64,000 bases of DNA. Source: Candidatus Xenobia bacterium. GTDB lineage: Bacteria; Vulcanimicrobiota; Xenobia; Xenobiales; QWHO01. Location: NCBI GenBank assembly GCA_045863235.1, contig BTUM01000011.1, positions 32,001 to 96,000 of the forward strand. The letters run 5' to 3'. Shown here piece after piece: positions 29,066 to 38,615 of the stretch (within the stretch, counting starts at the first letter, position 1; each line of letters opens with the position of its first letter). Below the pieces are notes generated by a model. That model searched no databases. It was not told the DNA's origin and saw only the letters and a program-made list of their open reading frames with translations. The translations under genes were made by a program, and so were the position numbers.

Positions 29066-29587
29066 TCAGTCAGGCACTTCCTCGATGGAGATGTTCCAGA
29101 ACAGGAAGCGAGCCCAGCCCTCTCTGGTGGCGTCTTGCTTGATCAGCAGCCAGGGGATGTGCGAGGGCTTGCGGGGTTTGCGAGTCAACAGCATGTTGGC
29201 CTCTTCCGGCGTGCGATTGTTCTTTCGCCGGTTGCAGGCCGCGCAAGCGCAGACGCAGTTCTCCCAGCTGTCGGGCCCCTTGCGGCTGCGCGGTCGCACG
29301 TGGTCGACCGTGTCGCCCGGTTTGCCGCAATACTGGCAGATATGCCGGTCACGCAAGAGGATGTTCTTGCGCGTCAGAGGGACCTCCTTGAAGGGGCGGT
29401 GGATGAAGTAGAGCATGCGGATGATCGAGGGCAGCGGCAGACGGATATGCCGCGACACCACCGCTCGATTGTCAACCGCTTCCACCACCTCGGCCTTGCC
29501 CTTGTAGAGCAGCTTGACCGCGCGCTTGAGAGAGGTGACGTTGAGGAACTCGTAACTGGCGTTGAGCACCAAAACGGCGTGGCTCAT
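29066..29587 (-). CDS. McrA-like HNH endonuclease
   Basis: VLVLNASYE, RDRHICQYCG, TVDHVRPRSR and WENCVCAC..CN..K.NRTP. Confidence 0.92.
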   Translation of the reverse strand: MSHAVLVLNASYEFLNVTSLKRAVKLLYKGKAEVVEAVDNRAVVSRHIRLPLPSIIRMLYFIHRPFKEVPLTRKNILLRDRHICQYCGKPGDTVDHVRPRSRKGPDSWENCVCACAACNRRKNNRTPEEANMLLTRKPRKPSHIPWLLIKQDATREGWARFLFWNISIEEVPD

Positions 29588-29739
29588 AGTGGATGCGCTC
29601 CGCCTCACGGGACGGAACTAACGCTTTGATCCTCCTTCCTGTTGCGGTTCTCCGGGCGTTGAATATTCCTCGCGTCCTGGCCCGCGGATGGCCGCGGGCG
29701 GGGGAACGGGTGGAATAAAAGGCTCAAAGAATCCAACTC

Positions 29740-29768
29740 TTTATACCACACGAAGCTCGCTCTGTCAA
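29740..29768 (-). promoter_or_regulatory. Near-consensus sigma70 promoter upstream of the HNH gene
   Basis: TTGACA-N17-TATAAA with extended -10 TG. Confidence 0.75.
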
Positions 29769-29956
29769 TCGCCCCCAGAGACCTCAATGGCTTCACTACA
29801 ACGTTTGTGAAGGCTTTTTAACTGAATTTTATTCAACGGGAAGGGGAGACGGTGATCCAGATCACCGTTCCGGCTGCCCCGCGCTCACCGACAGGGCGCC
29901 ACCTCTCGGGTTAGACTCGAGTTATTGAACTTCGTACGAATCAGGAGGGCTGGAGG

Positions 29957-30337
29957 ATGGGGAGCGGTCTGGACTACTTGCCTGTCGTAGTGGACTCGGT
30001 CGAGCGGAGAAGCTTGCGCAACAGTGCCCTGCGCCGCTGGGTGGACCAGGCGCGTCGAGAGCTTGGCGAGAGACGGCAGCGTCGCAAGATTCCCCGCCCT
30101 CTGCGAGCGCCCCGAAGCTATCTGTTGAGACTCCAGGCGGTGGAGCACTGGGCTCAGGAGGAGCTGGCCAACCTGAGCCAGGCTCTCGATCTCCTGGAGG
30201 CCTACTGCCGGGACTCGAAACCCGAGCGACTGGGGCTGGCGCGACGGCACTTCGACCTGGCCGTACGCGACTTCGAGCAGTACCGGACGGTGCTGATGGA
30301 CCTCTGCTCGGGCCCGGGCTGCTACGTGGCCGCCTGA
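29957..30337 (+). CDS. Hypothetical helical protein
   Basis: Purine-rich GGAGG upstream, host-like codon usage, no recognisable motif. Confidence 0.55.
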   Translation: MGSGLDYLPVVVDSVERRSLRNSALRRWVDQARRELGERRQRRKIPRPLRAPRSYLLRLQAVEHWAQEELANLSQALDLLEAYCRDSKPERLGLARRHFDLAVRDFEQYRTVLMDLCSGPGCYVAA

Positions 30338-30457
30338 TATGGCGGAATCAGGTCACGTTTTCTCCGACGGCCCACCTGGTCTGCAGACGCTCCTGGTGCC
30401 GCAAGACCGCAGACGTTGGAGGATGAAGGCCGCACCGGGACAAAGAGTACAAGCTGG

Positions 30458-31699
30458 ATGAGAAAGCTTCCCGGCCGAGGTTACTCGGCCGACTTCTGGA
30501 AGGCCTGCGTGATGAACCTGCTCTGCATGACGGGGCAGGCGGTCATGTTCTTGCTGACGCTCTACTTCACTCACGCCGGAATGACCCGCTGGCAGGTGGG
30601 CACGACCGATGCCGTTTTCTGGATCATCTCGGTCTTGATCCAGCCCTGGCTGGGCCGGCGCCTCGACCGCTGGGGGAGGCGCGTCTTCTTCATCTGGGGC
30701 TCGTACCTGATGGTGGCCTCGATTCTGTGCTACATCTACCTGCCCGTGAGCCTGCCCCTGATGCTGCTGGTGCGCACCCTGCACGGCCTGGGCTTCTCCT
30801 TCTTTTTCACCTCCACCTGGACCTGGGTCTCCGACCAGGCCCCTCCTCAGAAATTGACCGAGATGCTGGGCATCTTTGGGGTGTCGGGCCTGCTGGCCGG
30901 GGCTTGCGGTCCGGTGCTGGCCGAGCAACTGAAGAACTACGGAGGTTTTCCGGCTGTCTTCTGGTCCGCCGCCGGCTTGATGCTGGCGGGTGCCCTGCTC
31001 TCCCACCTGGTGCACGAGCCGAAGGTGGTACCGCTGCTCAACGACCGCCGCAACTTCGGCTTTCTCCGCATGGCTTTCGCGGCCCGCATGCGCGGTTTGA
31101 CCCTGGCCGCCGTCGCCATGGGCATGGCGATCGGCAGCGTCTTCTGCTTCATCGCTCCCTACATCGAGGCCAAGAAGCTCACAGGAATCAGCTACGTCTT
31201 CGTGTGCTACACCGTGGCCGCCGTGCTGACCCGGGTCTTCTCTGGCAAGCTGGCCACCCGGCTGGGCGCCTCCGGCACCATTCCGCTGGCCCTGCTGATG
31301 CAGGGGGGATCGCTGATCCTCTTCAGCTTTCTCAGCCCCACCGGTTGGCGGGCCCTGCCCCTGATGCTGGGCGCGGGGGCCGGGGCCGGTCTGTCCTACG
31401 GCATGATCTATCCCGCCCTTTCCACTCTGGCGGTCGAGCGCTCGGGCAGCCAGCGGGGCCTGGGGATGAGCGTGGTGGCCTGTTTTGGCGATCTGGGGAG
31501 CGGAATTGGCGCACTGGGAGCCGGCGTTATCGCTCACTTTTTCCGCGACGACTGGATGTGGGTGAGCATCGGGGTCGTGGTGGCCGCCATCGCGGTTCTC
31601 TTTATCTTGCTCGAAGGCCAGTGGCGCACCCGGCGACGCAAGCGCAGCCGCAGCTTGCAGCCTGCCCTGCGGCTGGTGGGCGAGCAGTTGTCGGGGTAG
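30458..31699 (+). CDS. MFS transporter
   Basis: About 12 TM segments and MFS motif A GRRLDRWGRR. Confidence 0.88.
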   Translation: MRKLPGRGYSADFWKACVMNLLCMTGQAVMFLLTLYFTHAGMTRWQVGTTDAVFWIISVLIQPWLGRRLDRWGRRVFFIWGSYLMVASILCYIYLPVSLPLMLLVRTLHGLGFSFFFTSTWTWVSDQAPPQKLTEMLGIFGVSGLLAGACGPVLAEQLKNYGGFPAVFWSAAGLMLAGALLSHLVHEPKVVPLLNDRRNFGFLRMAFAARMRGLTLAAVAMGMAIGSVFCFIAPYIEAKKLTGISYVFVCYTVAAVLTRVFSGKLATRLGASGTIPLALLMQGGSLILFSFLSPTGWRALPLMLGAGAGAGLSYGMIYPALSTLAVERSGSQRGLGMSVVACFGDLGSGIGALGAGVIAHFFRDDWMWVSIGVVVAAIAVLFILLEGQWRTRRRKRSRSLQPALRLVGEQLSG

Positions 31700-31727
31700 G
31701 GTTTTTCTCTTTCGAGGCGAACCCCAG

Positions 31728-32468
31728 GTGATGCTGCGCTCGGCATTCGAGCTTCTGGTCCGGCCCACCCACCCCCTGAAGCTTCACTTCTACATCGTCA
31801 CGGGCTGTACCAGCGCCAATCTGCTGCTGGGTCTGCTGGCCCTGCTGGCGGTCATGGCCGGCTTTCCCGGAGTGGCCGCCTGGTGCCTTCTGGTGTGCGT
31901 GGTGCTCGATGCTGCCGACGGGGCCCTGGCCAAGTTCTGGAACGTGGCCACTCCTTTCGGTGCCCAGCTCGACTCGCTGGCCGACATGACCTCGTTCATC
32001 GTGGCCGGCTCGGTGCTGGCCTTCAGCTGGTTGGCTCCGCATGTGGCCCTGCCCCTGATCGGGGCGGCCAGCGGCCTGTGGCTCCTGACCGGAGCCTACC
32101 GCCTGGCCCGCTTCAACGTGACCGCCCCCGGACCGTATTTCACCGGCATCCCCACCACTTTCGTAACGGCGGTGCTCTCAGGCACCTACCTGATCGCTCC
32201 CCACCTGACGCCCGTCTGGGGTGTGGCCCTGGTGGTCACGCTCTCGGTGCTGATGGTCAGTGTGTTTCCTTACCCGAAGCGTTGCCAGCTCAAGAAGGTG
32301 CCCATCTGGCTCTGGATCACGGTGGCTTCCGGCGGCGTGGTCGACTTCCACCGCACCCTGTCGCTGGTGGCCCTGGCCTACGTGCTCAGTGGCCCGCTGA
32401 TCTGGGTCGCTCGGAAATATAGCGGGCGATGGGAGTCAACCCACCCACCACACGATCCCCCGGCTTGA
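31728..32468 (+). CDS. pssA: CDP-diacylglycerol--serine O-phosphatidyltransferase (class II PssA)
   Basis: DAADGALA...FGAQLDSLADMTSF, RLARFN, FTGIP and LMVS. Confidence 0.82.
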   Translation: MMLRSAFELLVRPTHPLKLHFYIVTGCTSANLLLGLLALLAVMAGFPGVAAWCLLVCVVLDAADGALAKFWNVATPFGAQLDSLADMTSFIVAGSVLAFSWLAPHVALPLIGAASGLWLLTGAYRLARFNVTAPGPYFTGIPTTFVTAVLSGTYLIAPHLTPVWGVALVVTLSVLMVSVFPYPKRCQLKKVPIWLWITVASGGVVDFHRTLSLVALAYVLSGPLIWVARKYSGRWESTHPPHDPPA

Positions 32469-33738
32469 CCAGCACCTCCACCTGCCCGGCTTGCAGATAG
32501 ACGTCGGTGCGCGAGCCGAAGCGGATCAGCCCGTAGCGCTCACCCTGGGCGAGCAGATCCCCCACCTGATACCAGTTGACGATGCGGCGGGCCAGTACCC
32601 CCACGCGCTGGGCCACGGCACAACGACCGTGCAGGCCTTCGAGGACCGTGAAGAGGCTGTGGTTGTGCTCGGCCACCGGTCGGAATGCGGGTGCGTGGCC
32701 CCCTGAGCGGCTGAAGATGTCCACCACCTTGCCGGCGATGGGGGCCCGGTTGATGTGCACGTCGTGCACCCCCAGGAAGCTCGAGATGCGCAACCACTCC
32801 CCCTCTCCCAGGCGGGCGTCGGTCAGCCTCTCGATGGCCAGCACCTTGCCGTCGCAGGCCGAGTAGGCCAGCTCGGTATCCAGCCGCACCTCGCGGGCCG
32901 GGTCGCGTAGGAAGGCGCTGAAGGCCGTGGCCGCCGCCAGGGGTAGGGCGGACAGCGGAAGGCGCATCGACTTCAAGAGCGCTGAGGCTGCGGTCAGGAT
33001 GGCCGAGCCCTTGACCGCCTCGCGACTGAGCCCCCAGCCAAAGGGCAGGGCCACCCGGTGGCGGTCCTCCAGGGGGGCCAGGGAGAGCGCGCGCGAGGGT
33101 GGGCCCGAGGTGAAGCGCAGGTGTCGGATCCAGGCAGGAGGCAGGTTCCGCACCACGGTGCGCCGCGCGATCTGGTATTGCGAAAGATACTCGCTGATGA
33201 CCCGATCCACGGCCCGGAAGCGCTCGGGGTACAGAGGCCCCATCAGGTGCTTGCGCAAACCCCGCAGGTAGGCATACTCAATGTAGCTCAGGATGCCGCC
33301 CGGCTTGAGCAACCGCCGGCAGCGCTCGAAGATGGCGCGCACCAGGTCGGGGGGGAGGATGGTGAAGGGGATGGAGCAGAGGATGTAGTCGTACTCCCCT
33401 TCTCCTTCCAACTCGCTGGCACTGACCGCTTGCAGAGTGATGCGCCCCCGCAGGGCCAGGAAGGCCGGCTCGGTCTCGATGCGGCGCTGCAGGAACTGCA
33501 CGAAACCGGGATGGATCTCGCACAGTACCAGCTCGTCGTGGGGCCCGATACACGGCAGGATGTGGGTGGTGATGGCGCCCGTGCCGGCTCCCAGCTCCAG
33601 CACCTTCTTCGGGGTACGATGGCGGGCGCACTCTTCCGCCATCGCTCGAGCGGCGTAGCCCGAGGTGGGCGCGATGGCGCCGATGCTTACCTTGCCCCCG
33701 TTCTGGACCTGGTTGAGAAAGTGCAGGGTCTGGTTCAT
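32386..33738 (-). CDS. psd: Fusion of a PmtA-like phospholipid N-methyltransferase and phosphatidylserine decarboxylase
   Basis: N-half: IGAIAPTS, VLELGAGTGAIT, SIPF and NLPPA. C-half: FLRDP.R, S.CDGKV, VHINRAP and self-cleavage site IRFG-SRTDVY. Confidence 0.85.
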   Translation of the reverse strand: MNQTLHFLNQVQNGGKVSIGAIAPTSGYAARAMAEECARHRTPKKVLELGAGTGAITTHILPCIGPHDELVLCEIHPGFVQFLQRRIETEPAFLALRGRITLQAVSASELEGEGEYDYILCSIPFTILPPDLVRAIFERCRRLLKPGGILSYIEYAYLRGLRKHLMGPLYPERFRAVDRVISEYLSQYQIARRTVVRNLPPAWIRHLRFTSGPPSRALSLAPLEDRHRVALPFGWGLSREAVKGSAILTAASALLKSMRLPLSALPLAAATAFSAFLRDPAREVRLDTELAYSACDGKVLAIERLTDARLGEGEWLRISSFLGVHDVHINRAPIAGKVVDIFSRSGGHAPAFRPVAEHNHSLFTVLEGLHGRCAVAQRVGVLARRIVNWYQVGDLLAQGERYGLIRFGSRTDVYLQAGQVEVLVKPGDRVVGGLTPIARYISERPRSAGH

Positions 33739-33806
33739 GGTCGAAAAGGGGGGGTTCTCGATGCGCCGGGCGGGGTCCTGTGCGAGCGGGGCCCTCATCT
33801 GGCCGG

Positions 33807-34742
33807 TCAGTAGAACACCGTGCGCGTCCGGTGGTAAGGTTTCTCGCCCGGCCAGGGGCGCTGTCCCTCGTTCCACAAAAACCAGTCGATCTCGTAGGCG
33901 CACAGATCCATCGCCCGGCGCAGCTCCTCCACGGCCCAGATCATGGCCGCGCGGATCTCCACTTCCATCGGGTGGCCGGCCGGGATCTCGCGGCGGTTGT
34001 CCACCAGCCCGGCCAACTCGTCGGAGTAGACCAGCCCGCCCAGGGTGCGCAGAATCTGGGGGATCTTGTAGTCGGCGAAGGCGGTGAGCTGCTCGAGCCC
34101 GGTCAAAGCCCCCGGGCCCTGGCCCTGGAAGGTGCCGAACAGGTCCACGGCCAGGATCTGGGCCCGCTTCAAGAACCGCACCTCCGCCCCGTCGTAAGTG
34201 CAGACGTCGCGGAACGAGCTCAGCTCGCGTTCCACCAGTCGCACCAGCTCCACTGCAGAGCCCCCGGCCGCCTCCACCATGCGCTCGAACCGCCCTCCCC
34301 AGCGCTGGGAAAGGACCTGGCCGACCTCGCGGGCGTTGGCTACCCGCTCGTTCAGCATAGGAATCTCGCCCCGCCCGCGCAGCAGGTGGGCCATCTGCTC
34401 GCGGCTGACCTTAGCCAGCCAACCGGCCTCGAGCAGGGGAGCGCCTTCTTCCACGGCGCGGCGCAGAGCCACCGACAGGGCCTTGTAGCCATTGAAGCTC
34501 TGGCCCTGGTACTCCACCTCCCAGCGGGGCTGGTCGGGATCGGCCCAGAAGCAGAAGTTCAGCGCGTCCAGCACCAGCACGTAGTTGGCGTCGGCGTAGT
34601 GAATGGCGCTGTCCCATCCGGGCACGCCGAAGCCCGACTCCTTCCAGCGCTTCGCCAGGTCTTGCAAGACCCCGCTCTCGAGACGCACGTGGCGGGCCTT
34701 TTCGACGACGGTCAGGGTGGTTTCCAGCACTCCGAGGCTCAT
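33807..34742 (-). CDS. Queuosine salvage hydrolase (DUF2419/Qng1 family)
   Basis: LDALNFCFW, FLKRAQIL..DL, LTAFADYKIPQ, EVEIRA, IDWFLW and HRTRTVFY. Confidence 0.9.
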   Translation of the reverse strand: MSLGVLETTLTVVEKARHVRLESGVLQDLAKRWKESGFGVPGWDSAIHYADANYVLVLDALNFCFWADPDQPRWEVEYQGQSFNGYKALSVALRRAVEEGAPLLEAGWLAKVSREQMAHLLRGRGEIPMLNERVANAREVGQVLSQRWGGRFERMVEAAGGSAVELVRLVERELSSFRDVCTYDGAEVRFLKRAQILAVDLFGTFQGQGPGALTGLEQLTAFADYKIPQILRTLGGLVYSDELAGLVDNRREIPAGHPMEVEIRAAMIWAVEELRRAMDLCAYEIDWFLWNEGQRPWPGEKPYHRTRTVFY

Positions 34743-34821
34743 GGGCGGGATCATCGGGATGGCTGAACCGATCTCCTGCGCCGAAGGACCCCCCCGCTCA
34801 GGCGGGGAACCACGCCCCGCC

Positions 34822-36627
34822 ATGCTGACCCTGCAAGATCGACGCGACGCTCTGGCCCAGTGGGCCTTCGATACCCGACCCATCCTGGGCCGTTTCCACC
34901 TCTGGCTGGAGGACGTGGAGACGGTGTGGACCCGGGGGCGCCCCACCCCGGACGACCCGCGCGAGATGTCCTTCATCACCGGGCGCATCGAGCGCTCGTT
35001 GGCGATGACGGTGGCCGTCACGGCCCTGGGCACCCGCCTCTTCGGTCGCTTCGGCGAGGGCGCCGGGCAGGACAAGGCCGGGCTCAACCTGGTCAAGAAG
35101 GAGGCCGACGCCATCTCGGCCTACGCCATGAGCGAGAGTCTGTGGTATCTCACCCGCCACCTGCCCGAGAACCACGCCATCATGGTCTGCCTGGGCGAGG
35201 GCCTGATGCCCAAGGGGGGCGAGACGCCCGAGATGGGCTCGAACCCCAACCTCGGATTCGGGCGCGTCTATGCTCGCCCCGAGGTCGCCCGCTGGCTCGA
35301 CGACCGGGTGGTGCGCCTGCTCAACGACCCGAGCTACGGCTGGGATGGCTTTTATGGAGAGATCAAGCGCTCGGGCCTGACCGTCTGGGGGGCGGCCATC
35401 GACACCCTGGAGAACACCTCGCGCTTTGCCCTGGGTCGCGAGTCGGGCACCATGACGGTGCTGCACGTGTTCAACCAGCCTCTTCACATCCTGCGCCCCT
35501 ACGAGGGCTACATGGGCACCCTGATCCTGCCGCGCCAGGTAGTCGACCGGGCGGCCGAGCAGGCCATTCTGGTGGACTACCGCACCCCCCGCGCCCGGGT
35601 GATGGAGGCCATCGAGCTGGCCTATCCGGGCATTCGGCGCGAGCACGTGCACGTCTGGACGCTGGGCGGCAAGAGCCGGGCCAGGCGCCTTTCGGGCCTG
35701 TGGGAGAGCTGGCGCGAGCTGGGCGTGCACCTGGTGGAGGAGGGCTGGAAGCTGCCCTCGGGGATGGAAGCCTTTACCGAGTCGGGGACCTACGGCCCCA
35801 CTTACCAGGTGGGAACCTGGCAGGACGAGTCAGGCGCCACGCACCTGTTCCTGTGCGACGGCTACGCCGCCTCGGCCGAGGCGGTGCAGGCTGCCAGCCT
35901 GGCTCCCAAGCTGGGTCTGGAGGCCTCGCTCTGCGTTTTTACGTCTGCCTTCGAGCTGCCCTATGACAGGGAGTTGCACGTGATGCACCTGGGCCACGAC
36001 CTGGAGGCGGGCCTGGAGCGCCTCTTCGGGACCCAGCTCGAGCCGGCCCGGCTGAAAGCATATCGCGAGATGGTGCGGGAGGCCGAGGAGGCGGGCATTC
36101 CCCTCAACCGCCCCACCTTGCGCGCGGACGATTTCTTCCCCGAGAAGGGTTGGGAAGTGCTCGCCCTGGCCGGCTACATGGGCCCCGATCCATACTCGGG
36201 ACTGCCCGGGGTGGAGCCGGTGGGGGAGGGGCGCTACCGGGTCACGGTGCGCCTGGGCTCGCTGCGCACCGACAAGCGGGTCACCTTCACGCTACGCCTG
36301 ATGGAGACTCTGGAGCAGAGCCGGCTGGTGTTCAGCCCGCTTCTCAACCGCTTCCTCAGCGGCGGACAGGACTTCGAGACCCGGGCTGTCAAGATTTCCG
36401 ACTCCGGGCGCATTCGAAACGAGCTGCAGACGCTGTGCGCCGAGGCCCTGGAGTTCCCTGGCCAGAACCGCATGCGGGTCTACTTCGACCGCATCCCCGC
36501 CGCCGTCATCTCCCGGGAGCGGCAAGAGACCCTGCTCCGTGTGCTGCGTTGGTACCGAAAGCGTCACCCTATCTGGTTCTCCTGGCTGGAGCTGGTGCCC
36601 CCCGAGGCCACCGAGCCGGAGACCTGA
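34822..36627 (+). CDS. Hypothetical protein, possible divergent GlpX/FBPase-fold phosphatase
   Basis: K.EADA.S..AM, LGEG and AIDTLENT resemble GlpX K..AD..A..AM, IGEG and AVDPLEGT. Confidence 0.55.
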   Translation: MLTLQDRRDALAQWAFDTRPILGRFHLWLEDVETVWTRGRPTPDDPREMSFITGRIERSLAMTVAVTALGTRLFGRFGEGAGQDKAGLNLVKKEADAISAYAMSESLWYLTRHLPENHAIMVCLGEGLMPKGGETPEMGSNPNLGFGRVYARPEVARWLDDRVVRLLNDPSYGWDGFYGEIKRSGLTVWGAAIDTLENTSRFALGRESGTMTVLHVFNQPLHILRPYEGYMGTLILPRQVVDRAAEQAILVDYRTPRARVMEAIELAYPGIRREHVHVWTLGGKSRARRLSGLWESWRELGVHLVEEGWKLPSGMEAFTESGTYGPTYQVGTWQDESGATHLFLCDGYAASAEAVQAASLAPKLGLEASLCVFTSAFELPYDRELHVMHLGHDLEAGLERLFGTQLEPARLKAYREMVREAEEAGIPLNRPTLRADDFFPEKGWEVLALAGYMGPDPYSGLPGVEPVGEGRYRVTVRLGSLRTDKRVTFTLRLMETLEQSRLVFSPLLNRFLSGGQDFETRAVKISDSGRIRNELQTLCAEALEFPGQNRMRVYFDRIPAAVISRERQETLLRVLRWYRKRHPIWFSWLELVPPEATEPET

Positions 36628-37532
36628 CCCACGCGGGCCCAGCCGTGGCCCGGGTCCTCGGCTCGATCCGGGTGCAGCAGGTGGGCCAGGATCTCCAGCC
36701 CGTCCAGAATGCGCGGCCCCGGTCGGTTGAAGAAGCTGGAGCCATCCACGGCAAACACCCGCTCTTGCCGGGCTGCCGGCAGGTCCGCGAAGCCAGGCCG
36801 CCCGGTCACCTCGGGAGCCAGCTCCAGAGTTTTTTCCAAACTGCAGCCGCAGGCCATCAGCACCACCACCTCAGGCTCACGCTCGAGCACCAGCGACCAC
36901 TCCACCGCCCGCGACTTCTGGCCGGGGCCGGTAAAGGGATCGTGCCCGCCAGCCAGCTCGATCATCCCGGGCACCCAGTGTCCGGCCATGTAGACCGGGT
37001 CCAGCCACTCCAGAGCCGCCACCACCGGTCGGTGGTCCACCCCGGCGCTGGTCAGGCGGACCTGCTCGAGGCGCTCGCCGAGCCGTTCCACCAGCTCGCG
37101 GGCTCGAGCGGGATGGCCGCACAGGGCACCCACGGTGAGGATGTTGTCCAGGATGTCCTCCACCGAGTGAGGGTCGAGCGAGACCACCCGCGGGGGAGGA
37201 TCGAGCAGCCGGTCCAGGCGGCAAAGGCCGCGCGGCGTGACCGCGCAGACCTCGCACAGCGCCTGGGTCAGCACCAGCTGTGGGTGCAGCTCCCGGAGCA
37301 CTTCCTCGTCCAGCGTGTAGATCTCGTGGCCGGCCCGCAGCGCCTGCGAGACGGCCTGGTCGATCTGCCGGCTGGAGAGCGGCTCGAGCTCGAGGGCGGC
37401 CCGGCTGGCGATGGGACGATCCAGCGCGCGCGGGGGATAATCGCACTCGTGGGTGACCGCCACCAGAAAGTCTTCCAGGCCCAGCGCGAACAAGATCTCG
37501 GTCGCGCTTGGCAAGAGCGAGCAGACCCGCAC
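36564..37532 (-). CDS. BtuF-like cobalamin/siderophore-binding protein
   Basis: RVCSLLPSATEILFALG, VTHECDYP, LEWLDP...GHWVP and FNRPGPR. Confidence 0.85.
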   Translation of the reverse strand: MRVCSLLPSATEILFALGLEDFLVAVTHECDYPPRALDRPIASRAALELEPLSSRQIDQAVSQALRAGHEIYTLDEEVLRELHPQLVLTQALCEVCAVTPRGLCRLDRLLDPPPRVVSLDPHSVEDILDNILTVGALCGHPARARELVERLGERLEQVRLTSAGVDHRPVVAALEWLDPVYMAGHWVPGMIELAGGHDPFTGPGQKSRAVEWSLVLEREPEVVVLMACGCSLEKTLELAPEVTGRPGFADLPAARQERVFAVDGSSFFNRPGPRILDGLEILAHLLHPDRAEDPGHGWARVGQVSGSVASGGTSSSQENQIG

Positions 37533-37536
37533 CGGT

Positions 37537-38376
37537 TCAGGCCGTCAGGAGAAAATCGGCCGAGACCATGTAATGGTCGCTGCCCTGGCGGGCTTCCGGG
37601 AAGCGGTGCACCCGGGCCTCCTGGAACTCTTCCTTGAGGTTGTCCGAGTAGAGGATGAAGTCGATCGAGCGGCGAGGGGCGCCGGCCGGGTGGGTGTCGC
37701 GCTCCTTGAAGGGTTTGTCACCCAGGCTGTCTTTCACCTGACCCTCGCCCGGGGTGAGCATGGCCCGGATGGTGGGAGTGGGGGGAGTGTCGTTCATATC
37801 CCCCATCACGATCCGGAAGCGGTCCGGATCCTCGCGGTAGTCCTCGCGCAGCACGTTGCGGATCTGGCTGGCCTCCCCCAGGCGCTGGTCGTCGGCCGAC
37901 TGGCCGCCACCATGAGACTTGAGATGGGCGGCGTAGAGATCGACCGTGGGGCCCTCGGGGAGCTGGACGCTGACCTCGAGCAGATCACGCTTGAAGAAGC
38001 CCGGGCTGTTCTGATTGGGAACCGGGAAACGGTCCTCCTTGTGGCTCTCCACCCGGGTGATGGGATGCTTGGAGATGAAGGCCACGTCGATTCCCCGGTT
38101 GTCGTTGCCCTCCACCAGGACCACGTTGGGATACATCCCGGGCAGGTGCTCGTCGAGGAATTCCTGCAGCACCTCGACGTTCTCCACTTCCTGCAGGGCC
38201 ACCACGTCGGCGTCCACGCGCCGAAGCGTATCGGCCACCACCTGGAGGGAACGCTCACTCTTGGGCTCCATGTCATCATCGTCCTTGTGGGGGTCGTTTA
38301 CGTCGTCAAACATGTTCTCGACGTTGTACGTGCCCACGCGCAGGTGGACCGGAGAGGAGACGAGCATGGAAGGCAC
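37537..38376 (-). CDS. Endonuclease/exonuclease/phosphatase (EEP) family protein
   Basis: TYNVEN, DVVALQEVEN, HLKS, MGDMND, IDFI and SDH. Confidence 0.9.
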   Translation of the reverse strand: MPSMLVSSPVHLRVGTYNVENMFDDVNDPHKDDDDMEPKSERSLQVVADTLRRVDADVVALQEVENVEVLQEFLDEHLPGMYPNVVLVEGNDNRGIDVAFISKHPITRVESHKEDRFPVPNQNSPGFFKRDLLEVSVQLPEGPTVDLYAAHLKSHGGGQSADDQRLGEASQIRNVLREDYREDPDRFRIVMGDMNDTPPTPTIRAMLTPGEGQVKDSLGDKPFKERDTHPAGAPRRSIDFILYSDNLKEEFQEARVHRFPEARQGSDHYMVSADFLLTA

Positions 38377-38615
38377 CTCCGGACAATGAAGATATGGACT
38401 TTTCTGGGGGTCAGCCTAATCCGAGAAGGGGGCAGAAAAGTTTGCCCTTATGTTACCGGAACGTGGGACCCCGGAAAGGCCGTCAACACATTGCCAGGAT
38501 CCCGGCCGGTTTGCGGCCGAACGTCCAGGATCGACCGTGGCTCAGTGGCTGGCCAGCAACCCCGGCCACTTCGGCAGGCCGGCCGAGCTCTTTGAGAGCT
38601 TCGAGCACCGGGTCT

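Noticed and set aside
29066..29587. IscB/OMEGA or group II intron nuclease
   Set aside because: Only 173 aa, with no RuvC, PLMP or reverse transcriptase elements.
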